This document shows positions 44,365 to 52,919 of a stretch of DNA of 64,000 nucleotides, piece after piece. Position numbers and translations under genes: made by a program. Under the pieces are notes generated by a model that was given only the letters and a program-made list of their open reading frames with translations, had not been told where the DNA came from and did not search any database. Source of the DNA: Candidatus Moraniibacteriota bacterium (GTDB lineage Bacteria > Patescibacteriota > Minisyncoccia > Moranbacterales > GCA-2747515); contig JBBQZC010000004.1 in NCBI GenBank assembly GCA_038208115.1, positions 10,530 to 74,529 on the forward strand, written 5' to 3'. Numbering within the stretch: position 1 is the stretch's first letter; each line of letters starts with the position of its first letter.

Positions 44365-45108
44365 TCATTTTTTCCAAAACACCCCAGATGTCGTTATAAT
44401 GTCTTTCCATGGTCCCTTTGGCACATCACGCGCATCGATAAATTGCCACTCCACAGTATCCAAGCCATTCAACGCCAAATAATCATTAACAGCTGGCGAC
44501 AAATCCAATCCTGCACTGTCATTTGTATTACTATGCGGCTGTTTATCACCAAACACATATCCTGAATCATTTTCACTGAACGGCCCGACGTCTTCCCACT
44601 GTGCATAAGCTATTTTGTCACCGTGTATGATCTTGATCCACATATTTTTGCATAGTGATTCCGTCTTTACCGGCGAACGATTTTTTGCCCATGGCACAAG
44701 TGTTTGCACGTCATTTTTTTGCACACCATTTTTATCAAGGTCATTATATGGAAGTGCAAAGTAAAACGGATTTTCGTGTGGCATAAAATTTGCAGGGAAA
44801 TATCCATTGCGTTTTTTAGGATCATCTACACCGCCAAAATGATCAACCCAACTTTCATCCCATGCACTTGATACATTAGAAATTTGCTTATTGCTTTCAT
44901 TTGCATTCTCACCAATCCAAAATAGCGTTGCTGTAATGTTCTTATGTACGGGATATTGTATAACACCTTTGTCTGCATTATTTACAAATCCTGATTTCGT
45001 TTGATTTGAGCCGTTTTTACTAAATCCTCGCGTCATTACAAACAGCAAAAAAACACATGCAACAATTAGACTTATGCTAGCTATAATAAGAATTGCTTGT
45101 TTTATCAT
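44365..45108 (-). CDS. paralog of 43340-44215
   Basis: shared TLFWIGE, SAWDESWVDHFGGVD, YAQWEDVGPF, AGLDLSPAVNDYL. Confidence 0.55.
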   Translation of the reverse strand: MIKQAILIIASISLIVACVFLLFVMTRGFSKNGSNQTKSGFVNNADKGVIQYPVHKNITATLFWIGENANESNKQISNVSSAWDESWVDHFGGVDDPKKRNGYFPANFMPHENPFYFALPYNDLDKNGVQKNDVQTLVPWAKNRSPVKTESLCKNMWIKIIHGDKIAYAQWEDVGPFSENDSGYVFGDKQPHSNTNDSAGLDLSPAVNDYLALNGLDTVEWQFIDARDVPKGPWKDIITTSGVFWKK

Positions 45109-45239
45109 ATTATTTTAATAATATCATACTTAGAAAAACCATACCATCACACAGGGACAACATAACATAAATCATTATCAATAAAATTTGGCAGATTTAT
45201 TAATGACGTTTTTCAAATTTCATTTTTTTAAAAAAATGA

Positions 45240-45267
45240 ACCCTCAAATACTGCTGTATTTGAGGGT
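45240..45267 (-). terminator. terminator hairpin after dapA
   Basis: accctcaaatac-tgct-gtatttgagggt perfect 12-bp stem. Confidence 0.75.
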
Positions 45268-45279
45268 GCTCCATTTGTA

Positions 45280-46155
45280 TTACAAAAGATTCATACTCCG
45301 CAAGACTGTCACAATCTTCTGACGATTGTCTGTCCCAATCTGGCTCAATGGCAATCGACAATCCTCTTGTGTCAAACCCATCAGTGCAAGAGCAGCTTTG
45401 ACCGGGATTGGGTTCGTTTCAACGAAAAGAATCTGATTAAGAGACCATAAATCATAATGCTCCTTCCGTGCTTTAAGAATATCTCCATCATTCCATGCGT
45501 GCCACAAACGTACAACACGATCAGGCACAACGTTTGAAGTAACAGAAATTGCACCCTTTCCTCCGAGAGCATAAATCGGCAAGTTTGACGAATCATCTCC
45601 AGAAAGTACAGTGAAATCATCACTGCATAAACGCACAATTTCATTCACCCGTTTCATGTCCCCATTTGCTTCCTTGATACCTACAATATTGGAACACGTT
45701 GCAGCTAAACGTGCTACAGTGACAGGCTCAATATTGATACCTGTGCGACCAAACACATTATAAAGTATGACTGGAAGATCTGCGGACTGTGCAACGTTCA
45801 TATAATGCTGATAGAGACCTTCTTGTGGTGGCTTATTATAATACGGCGTGATAACAAGTACTCCGTTTGCGCCAAGACGCTTTGCCACTTGCATATTACG
45901 ACATGTCTCCGCTGTACTATTTGATCCAACACCCGCAATAACTGGCACACGCCCGTTTACGATAGAAATCGCAATCTCAATCACACGATAATGTTCTTCA
46001 TATGTGAGTGTCGCGGATTCACCTGTTGTACCGACTGGTACAATACCAGAGATGCCTGCACTAATTTGACGCTCAATCAATGTGGCAAATACAGTCTCTT
46101 CAATCTTTCCATCTTTAAATGGTGTAACAATTGCTGTAAAAATTCCCTCAAACAT
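45280..46155 (-). CDS. dapA: 4-hydroxy-tetrahydrodipicolinate synthase
   Basis: TAIVTPF, GTTGES, PYYNKP, YNV.GRTG, GIKEA, ETNPIPVK. Confidence 0.93.
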   Translation of the reverse strand: MFEGIFTAIVTPFKDGKIEETVFATLIERQISAGISGIVPVGTTGESATLTYEEHYRVIEIAISIVNGRVPVIAGVGSNSTAETCRNMQVAKRLGANGVLVITPYYNKPPQEGLYQHYMNVAQSADLPVILYNVFGRTGINIEPVTVARLAATCSNIVGIKEANGDMKRVNEIVRLCSDDFTVLSGDDSSNLPIYALGGKGAISVTSNVVPDRVVRLWHAWNDGDILKARKEHYDLWSLNQILFVETNPIPVKAALALMGLTQEDCRLPLSQIGTDNRQKIVTVLRSMNLL

Positions 46156-46315
46156 GATGTCCTCCGTTGAAATAATGTTGATGTATTACATCTTTTTTTA
46201 CACATTTTATTAAATAACTCCCTATTTGTACTTTACAGAGGAAAAATAAGGTTGTACATTAAAAATACAAAATTATTGATTTATACTATTTTTTGTTATA
46301 TTTAAAACATTTATT

Positions 46316-46981
46316 ATGCACAAAATATCCATAGCACTCACTGAGATCATCGATACCAATCCACTTCTCAAACTGGGACTCTATCATCGCATACTCAATC
46401 TCACACAACTCTCCAAATTATTAAAACCACTCATTGAGATCCGCACAAAAAAAGAATTACAAAGTTCAAGTGCTTTGATTATGGCACTCTCCCGTCTCCA
46501 ACTGGAATACACAAAGAAAATTTTGCCTATAGAAAAGTTTTCGATTACTAACATAACCGTATATTCCAATCTATACACCGCCACCTATTTTAAAAATCAA
46601 AAATTTTTGCAACACATTGCGAAAGTATATCACGACATCCAGGAGCAAAACGGGTACATCACCCTCAGTCAAGGCACAAATGAAATCACAATCATCATCG
46701 ACGAAAAATCTGTCCCTATCATAAAAAAGATTATCACAAGCAAACCCATCAATGCAACAGATCATATATCTGCACTGAGTATCAAATTTGATCAAAAACA
46801 CTATGACACACCAGGACTTCTCTATTATTTTCTCCAACAGACATCTCTTCAGGGCATCAACATCCGCGAGATATCCTCAACATTTACTGAAATAATTGTC
46901 TATGTAGATGAAAAAGACATCACTCTTCTTTTTGATACGATCCACACACAATTTAATATAAAAGAAAAAAGCATTTTTTAA
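46316..46981 (+). CDS. ACT-domain protein with N-terminal helical domain, putative amino-acid-sensing regulator
   Basis: ILNLTQLSK..ALIMALSR N-terminus; TPGLLY...GINIREISSTFTEIIVYV aspartokinase-type ACT; divergent from dapA. Confidence 0.7.
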   Translation: MHKISIALTEIIDTNPLLKLGLYHRILNLTQLSKLLKPLIEIRTKKELQSSSALIMALSRLQLEYTKKILPIEKFSITNITVYSNLYTATYFKNQKFLQHIAKVYHDIQEQNGYITLSQGTNEITIIIDEKSVPIIKKIITSKPINATDHISALSIKFDQKHYDTPGLLYYFLQQTSLQGINIREISSTFTEIIVYVDEKDITLLFDTIHTQFNIKEKSIF

Positions 46982-47184
46982 CTTCACAAATCCAATGCTT
47001 TTTGATTATCAAAAATAGTGAGCGTGAAAACATCTCTTTAAAACAACCGTAGTAGGAATTTTGGATAATTTTCTCTTAGACATAATATGTTAGATGTGAA
47101 TTTTTCACAGCAATAATGGATATATTTATATGAATCAATCTTTTGCTAGGTGAACTATTTTTATATGAATCTTTTTTTTAGAAA

Positions 47185-48129
47185 TTATATATCCAATGCA
47201 TCACATACTTTATCATATGCTTGTATCATATGTCCTTCAGTCATACCACGACCATCATCATGGTCACTATGATATATAGTCATCAAATGCCCAAAATCCC
47301 CAGCAATAAAAAATATCTTTTCATACCACTCTTCCATATGCACGATTGGGAAGCCCATTTTCAGAATGTTTTTATCACTAATTTTTTTCGCGATACCATT
47401 CCCCACAGAATCTATCACAATAATTTGCTGTGCCTGCATCATGACACTTTCATACACTTTCTCAAATTCACGATATCCATGCCCCCAATATATACCCTCA
47501 TCGTATGATAATTCTTCATTTGCCGCAAAAACGTATAGTGTGTGTTTTAATGATTTGGGATGTTCTTTTATAAGATGCATCATGATAGAAACTCCAGAAG
47601 CATTATCGACTGCACCCATTTTAATGCTATCGTAATGTGCAAAACAAATTTTCGTAGGGTTGATTACGTTTCCCACAAGAATATGCACTGATCGATGTTT
47701 TATGCGCTCTACATCAACCTGCCCCTGTACATGATCTGCGTCAATAATCTTATGCATTGACGTAGGTGTTACTGCAATAGATGGTACATGATAATATACC
47801 GGTAATGAGATTGCAGTACATTGCGGGTTAAAATTGATGTGTGCAGATTGATCTAGTTTTGCGTCAAAATACAATGAACTAATGATATGATCCTTGCCAC
47901 TTATCTTTCCACTTACGAAACAACTTCCTTCACATACCATCGATTCTTCATCGACAATAAGTGATGCCTGTTTTACCAAGGGAATATCCACAGTAAATTC
48001 TTCTGTAAAAAATGGGATGCCTGCATCACGCAAAAATGTGATGAGATATTCCGCTGTTTTCTGTTCACCCTCCAATTGTCTTGGCGAAAAAGAAATAATC
48101 TCTTGTACTGTTTCGATAAAATTTTTCAT
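47185..48129 (-). CDS. M28 family metallopeptidase
   Basis: AHYDS, GAVDNASGV, NEE, DSVG, YHSDHD. Confidence 0.85.
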   Translation of the reverse strand: MKNFIETVQEIISFSPRQLEGEQKTAEYLITFLRDAGIPFFTEEFTVDIPLVKQASLIVDEESMVCEGSCFVSGKISGKDHIISSLYFDAKLDQSAHINFNPQCTAISLPVYYHVPSIAVTPTSMHKIIDADHVQGQVDVERIKHRSVHILVGNVINPTKICFAHYDSIKMGAVDNASGVSIMMHLIKEHPKSLKHTLYVFAANEELSYDEGIYWGHGYREFEKVYESVMMQAQQIIVIDSVGNGIAKKISDKNILKMGFPIVHMEEWYEKIFFIAGDFGHLMTIYHSDHDDGRGMTEGHMIQAYDKVCDALDI

Positions 48130-48207
48130 ACTGTGTATTAATACGTATTTAAAAAGAAATATGTACTATATTATTCAACATAACACATAGTTCTTTTTGA
48201 ACAAGTT

Positions 48208-48240
48208 GTGGAGATATTACATCATATGTAATATCTCCAC
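48208..48240 (-). terminator. perfect 15-bp inverted repeat after the 48245 stop
   Basis: gtggagatattacat-cat-atgtaatatctccac. Confidence 0.65.
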
Positions 48241-48244
48241 GTCT

Positions 48245-49036
48245 TCATACTATTGCTCCAAAGATTGCATCGCAGTCGATCACATGATGATTGTGATGAC
48301 CATCCTGTGGAAAATACTGCATTCCATCAACCCAGGGTAATGGCACGATTAGTGGTGCAATACCCAGTTCTGTGACAATGCGCTGCCAAGCCGGATCAAA
48401 GACGTCATGCGTAAACGCAAGGTCACTTTTCTTTGCGGCACCATTGTGATAATTATCCGAATGAAAATCATCCACTAATACACCATGCACAAGAAACATC
48501 GACAGAAATGGATAATAATAATCATGACTGCTACCAAGAGATTTCAAGTATACGGACAAATCTTGTCGAATCGGATCGATAAGAAAAATATCCTGCAGAT
48601 CATGATGATAATCAACCAATGATTGACCATCCTTCAAACAAATCGCCGACATCGGCTTACCATCAATCTTGCTAACATCAATCCCATTACTCTTAGTGAG
48701 CTTCCAACCACCCTTACGACCTTTACCAGCACAATGAAACTGATGTACCAGGCTGCGTTTATACGGTGATGCAGCCACAAATCGATCCTCCGTAAATTCG
48801 ATCCATACAGGTATCAAATCTGCGGAGTGTGCAATGTTTTGAAAAACGATATCCTCATAACGACACGTTGCGATCTGCCTCGCAAAAAATGCCAATGGGC
48901 CACTTACACAGAATTCTGGCAAAATAATTTTATTCTCATTGCGCCATACATCGATTTGGGCAATGAGATCACGATCATTTTGCCGTCTCACTAACTCCTT
49001 TTGTGCCTCTTGCGCTGTAAAATACATTTGTACCAT
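48245..49036 (-). CDS. hypothetical protein downstream of tandem attenuators
   Basis: 263-aa ORF with AGGAGA SD; no family recognised. Confidence 0.75.
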   Translation of the reverse strand: MVQMYFTAQEAQKELVRRQNDRDLIAQIDVWRNENKIILPEFCVSGPLAFFARQIATCRYEDIVFQNIAHSADLIPVWIEFTEDRFVAASPYKRSLVHQFHCAGKGRKGGWKLTKSNGIDVSKIDGKPMSAICLKDGQSLVDYHHDLQDIFLIDPIRQDLSVYLKSLGSSHDYYYPFLSMFLVHGVLVDDFHSDNYHNGAAKKSDLAFTHDVFDPAWQRIVTELGIAPLIVPLPWVDGMQYFPQDGHHNHHVIDCDAIFGAIV

Positions 49037-49087
49037 CTCATTCTCCTGTTTTTGTGTGATGAACAGTGATGCCTCAATTAAAGAACT

Positions 49088-49116
49088 AAAAAACCGATCT
49101 ACACGGAGACCGGTTT
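49088..49116 (-). terminator. attenuator terminator (promoter-distal unit)
   Basis: minus strand aaccggtct-ccgtgt-agatcggtt followed by a U-run. Confidence 0.75.
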
Positions 49117-49146
49117 ATTTTTGCTAACTTCTTTTTTTATCACTTA

Positions 49147-49236
49147 TCAGAATTTCGCAAAAACAAAACGATCTCCACTTATAAAGTAGAACGTAAACAG
49201 AATCATATACCACATTGTGTTTCTGCTGTTTTGCAT
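49147..49236 (-). CDS. putative leader peptide MQNSRNTMWYMILFTFYFISGDRFVFAKF
   Basis: 29 codons with 6 Phe, 2 Tyr, 1 Trp; TGA TAA double stop; terminator 30 nt downstream. Confidence 0.7.
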   Translation of the reverse strand: MQNSRNTMWYMILFTFYFISGDRFVFAKF

Positions 49237-49284
49237 GATTGTGCATTTAAAAAATAAACTGCGATAATGTCCTCTCAAAAGAAC

Positions 49285-49308
49285 AAAAAACGGTCCTTGA
49301 CGAGACCG
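49285..49308 (-). terminator. attenuator terminator (promoter-proximal unit)
   Basis: minus strand cggtct-cgtcaa-ggaccg-tttttt. Confidence 0.7.
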
Positions 49309-49342
49309 ATTCATTCTTGCTTACTAAAAATATTTTATATTA

Positions 49343-49432
49343 TCAGAATTTTGCAAAAACAAAACGATCTCTACTTATAAAGTAGAACGTAAACAGAATC
49401 ATATACCACATTGTGTTTCTGCTGTTTTGCAT
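49343..49432 (-). CDS. putative leader peptide MQNSRNTMWYMILFTFYFISRDRFVFAKF
   Basis: copy of 49147-49236 with G21R and one synonymous Ala change. Confidence 0.7.
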   Translation of the reverse strand: MQNSRNTMWYMILFTFYFISRDRFVFAKF

Positions 49433-49461
49433 GATTGCAAATTTATACTATAAACATTTTC

Positions 49462-49489
49462 ATTATAAATTATTCATTTAATTTGTCAA
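49462..49489 (-). promoter_or_regulatory. sigma70 promoter TTGACA-N16-TATAAT
   Basis: both hexamers are perfect consensus, 30 nt upstream of the first leader ATG. Confidence 0.75.
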
Positions 49490-49572
49490 TACATAAAGCA
49501 ATACGTATAAAAAAGATAATGGGATTATTTTTGGCTTTATATAATTTAGATACTAATTGCAAAAGAATGTCG

Positions 49573-50184
49573 TTAATATAGTTTCATGACAATTGGTGCA
49601 ACTCTTTTTACAATGATTTCATAACCTGCGTTATTGGGATGAACTGCATCTGACATATATTGCCTTTTCCCGAAGACATCCTGCAAAATATCCGAAACAT
49701 ATAGAGAGCCTGTTTTTTGTGCGAGGCTTTGATAATCATCTCCACGACCATCCCCGACCACACCACTTCGCACACCGACAAGGATAACAGCTGAACCATT
49801 TTCTTGAAAAAGTTTTATCATTGTCTCCAAATTGTGAAATGTGTCATCTTTCGGAATTTTTTTGAGCACATCATTACCGCCAAGGATAATCATAACGATT
49901 CCAGATTTTTCGCTCAAAGCGTGCGGAACTCGATCCACGGCATCTTGCGTGGTGTCACCGCTTCTTCCATAATTCAAAACAACTTTTCCCGTTTTTTCTG
50001 CAATCAAACTCGAAATATCATTTCCTTCCGTAGCACCAACGCCTTGTGCCAAACTATCACCAAAAACAACAATTGTATCATTTTTTGGCGGAGCATTTTT
50101 TATATTTATTTTTCTCCCAAATAAAAAATAACCACTCAAAAAAAGTAGAAAAATAGCCACTGAAATAAGTATGATTTTTTTCAT
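49573..50184 (-). CDS. GDSL/SGNH esterase (arylesterase-like)
   Basis: FGDSLAQG, GRSGDTT, LGGND, DAVHPN; N-terminal TM. Confidence 0.9.
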   Translation of the reverse strand: MKKIILISVAIFLLFLSGYFLFGRKINIKNAPPKNDTIVVFGDSLAQGVGATEGNDISSLIAEKTGKVVLNYGRSGDTTQDAVDRVPHALSEKSGIVMIILGGNDVLKKIPKDDTFHNLETMIKLFQENGSAVILVGVRSGVVGDGRGDDYQSLAQKTGSLYVSDILQDVFGKRQYMSDAVHPNNAGYEIIVKRVAPIVMKLY

Positions 50185-50293
50185 ATTATATATATTATTT
50201 AATATCATAACATAAACTATTCATTGTGCTCCAATCATATAATTATAAAACACCACAATCTCTCCATGAGCTGTGGTGTTATGTATTGATCTC

Positions 50294-50962
50294 CTATATT
50301 TCAAATCCGCGCAAACAGGTACACGTTCCTCGTGTATGGTCTCCGAGATTTTCTGTTTCAAATTCCGCGATCTTTTTTTGAGCGATTTCATCACAAAACT
50401 TACTGCAGTAATACATATTTTGTTTATGTGCGTGTTCACCAACTAGATCATGCAAAAGGAAAATGCACTGAGTTGCTCTTCCGATATGACACGCATTTCT
50501 CATGCGCACATACTCCAATCGACAAAGTCCCTGCGCATTAAGATATAATCCAACAGAATTTGGATCACTTAGCTTTTTTGCATGGCACACATAGTCACCG
50601 CTCTTCAAAATAAATCTGGAAAGATCTGATTGCGACTGCGCCATCGTACCATTAAGATGTGTAGAAAATGCAGTAAACCATTCTACAATTTTTTGTAAGT
50701 ATGGATCATGTACATTACCAGTTTTGATAAATTCTTTCACATACTCATCATTAAGAGGCACTCCTGCACCATCATGATTATTACGTCGTTTCAAAAAAAC
50801 GTGTCCATATCCCGCATACACGCGAACACATTTCATATGTGCCAACACATGACAAAAAACTTGCCATAGATCATTTTTTGTACCAGATGCATTTATGAGA
50901 ATCCATTTTTTATCTGGTCCCATGCCATTAAATCGCATTACCCCTCTCTTGAGACCGATCAT
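50294..50962 (-). CDS. hypothetical protein, possible C-terminal Cys zinc-binding motif
   Basis: 222-aa ORF with GGGGG SD-like run; C...C...YCSKFC. Confidence 0.55.
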   Translation of the reverse strand: MIGLKRGVMRFNGMGPDKKWILINASGTKNDLWQVFCHVLAHMKCVRVYAGYGHVFLKRRNNHDGAGVPLNDEYVKEFIKTGNVHDPYLQKIVEWFTAFSTHLNGTMAQSQSDLSRFILKSGDYVCHAKKLSDPNSVGLYLNAQGLCRLEYVRMRNACHIGRATQCIFLLHDLVGEHAHKQNMYYCSKFCDEIAQKKIAEFETENLGDHTRGTCTCLRGFEI

Positions 50963-51090
50963 GGATTACCCCCTGTTTTAAAATGGTATTTTTTACTGTT
51001 AAACAACAATTAATTGCAAAGCATACCACATACATGTCTACACAGTCAACCAAAACCTCTACATTTGAAAAGAAAATCTTATAGAATAAA

Positions 51091-52692
51091 TCAGTTTGAT
51101 TTTTTGATAATGACAGATTTTTGCATCGCGCCATCGACTGTTTCAATAGTCTTAAATAAATCAGAAGGGTCAAATCCAATCAACCAGATACTTTTAGTTT
51201 CAGATCCACCAACCAGAAAGCACGGACTTATACCTTCTGCGCATGTTGGATTCTCTATTCTTATATTTTGACTGTTTTCAATCTCATACATTGGGCTACT
51301 TTCTGTTTCAATCTGAATATTATTCAAAAAAACATTTCTCGCATTTTTGATACTCACTGCTCGCGCAGATGAGACAAACGAGATGTCTTCGATGTGGATG
51401 TCTTCCATTACAGAATTTTTTAACCCATCCATATTGATAACTAATCGCTCACTCCCGCTCCCATATATATCCTTTATATAAATATTTTTGAGAATTGGCT
51501 TACTGGAAATAACTCCCTGGAGTTCAGTGGTGTATGCAAGATTAATGTCGATAGCATCGCCAGTCATATTTTCCATCGCGATATTTTCTACATATATATT
51601 TTCGATAAATCCTCCACGACTCCTCGTTGATTTGATTCGAAAACCATGTCGCGTATTTTGGAAGATACTATCACGAATATCAACATCTCTCACTCCCCCG
51701 GACATCTCACTGCCTATGGAAACGCCACTACTTCCTTTTACAACAGTGATATTTCGTATATGAATGTTTTCTGAAGGTTTTGCCACCCTCCAGCCATCTT
51801 CGTCCAATCCAGATTTGATCGAAATAGCATCGTCCCCAGTAGAAAAAAAGCTATTTTCAATAACGACATTTTTTGTTGAATCGATGACAATTCCGTCAGT
51901 ATTTCCACTCCATGTATCGATGGTCAAATTTCGCGCTGTAAAATTCTCTGAATAGATTGGATGAATTGTCCAAATCGGCCCATTCTCTACTGTAAAACCA
52001 TCCAAGGTAATATCCTTGCAATTCACAAATTGAATAAACGATGGGCGAATTCCAGGCTCCACATCACCAAAGATTCTTTTTTCTGGAGGCGTTCCTTCTC
52101 GAGACATTGTATATAATTTCTGTCGTGCTATTTCAAAATTTCCTTCACCAGTCCAATTTGCACGAGCATCTCCATTGCCAATCAACTTACCATTGCCTGT
52201 AATGGCAACATTTTGGCTATCTTTGGCATAAATGAGAGGAGAAAAATTATAAAATTCTATGCCTTGAAATCGCGTAAAGACGACAGGTAAATAATCCTGT
52301 AAATCTGTACTGAAAATGATTTCTGCGCCATCATCCAAAAAGAAATTAATATTGCTTTGTAATGTGATTGCCCCAGAAAACCACGTTCCCGCTGGAACAA
52401 AGACCAGACCACCTCCCTTGCTGGAGCAATCATCGATAGCAGCATTTATTGCAATCGTCGACTGTGATCCAGTCTGTGCTAATGCACCATAATCTCGGAT
52501 ATCACACACGATGTCAGGGATGCCGGGAACGATAACCGCATCGGAAATTGCAGAGATTGATGTGAATGACTCTTGCCGCACATCACTTACATTTTGTCCT
52601 TTAATAAAAATTTTTGGAAAAAAAATAAATGTAGAAACACCACAAAAAACAACGATGCCCGTACTCACCAAAATAATAGATGTTTTTTTCAT
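51091..52692 (-). CDS. GH28 glycoside hydrolase (polygalacturonase-like), membrane-anchored
   Basis: NTDG, GDDAISIKSG, SIGSEMSGG, RIKS; N-terminal TM. Confidence 0.88.
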   Translation of the reverse strand: MKKTSIILVSTGIVVFCGVSTFIFFPKIFIKGQNVSDVRQESFTSISAISDAVIVPGIPDIVCDIRDYGALAQTGSQSTIAINAAIDDCSSKGGGLVFVPAGTWFSGAITLQSNINFFLDDGAEIIFSTDLQDYLPVVFTRFQGIEFYNFSPLIYAKDSQNVAITGNGKLIGNGDARANWTGEGNFEIARQKLYTMSREGTPPEKRIFGDVEPGIRPSFIQFVNCKDITLDGFTVENGPIWTIHPIYSENFTARNLTIDTWSGNTDGIVIDSTKNVVIENSFFSTGDDAISIKSGLDEDGWRVAKPSENIHIRNITVVKGSSGVSIGSEMSGGVRDVDIRDSIFQNTRHGFRIKSTRSRGGFIENIYVENIAMENMTGDAIDINLAYTTELQGVISSKPILKNIYIKDIYGSGSERLVINMDGLKNSVMEDIHIEDISFVSSARAVSIKNARNVFLNNIQIETESSPMYEIENSQNIRIENPTCAEGISPCFLVGGSETKSIWLIGFDPSDLFKTIETVDGAMQKSVIIKKSN

Positions 52693-52834
52693 AGATTTTA
52701 TTCTATAATTTTAGCATATCCATTCTTTACACAGCTTCCATTAAAAATACCAGAATCACCATTTCCATTGTGAAACTTCTTTTTTTCTATATTAATTCTT
52801 TCCATAAAAAATGATAATTATATTTTAATGATAT

Positions 52835-52906
52835 CACAAAAAATCACACATCTAATTAATGTGTGATTTTATTCCCGAAGAGAGTAAAAATATGATAGCA
52901 CTTTTT
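52835..52906. repeat. cassette boundary site S1 (degenerate): hairpin + tRNA-Ser 3' remnant + arm
   Basis: aaaatcacacat..atgtgtgatttt hairpin; 52871-52906 matches S2 at 24/36 ungapped. Confidence 0.55.
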
Positions 52907-52919
52907 ATGACTGATATAT

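Larger units (their letters stand above)
49144..49437. repeat. 98-bp direct repeat (49144-49241 and 49340-49437)
   Basis: two mismatches, period 196 bp. Confidence 0.95.

Noticed and set aside
46156-46315. Lysine riboswitch upstream of dapA
   Set aside because: The spacer is only 160 bp, AT-rich, shared with a divergent gene, and lacks recognisable L-box helices or a terminator.
49144-49437. Direct repeat read as a CRISPR array or IS ends
   Set aside because: Only two 98-bp copies, each an intact short ORF; no cas or transposase gene nearby.
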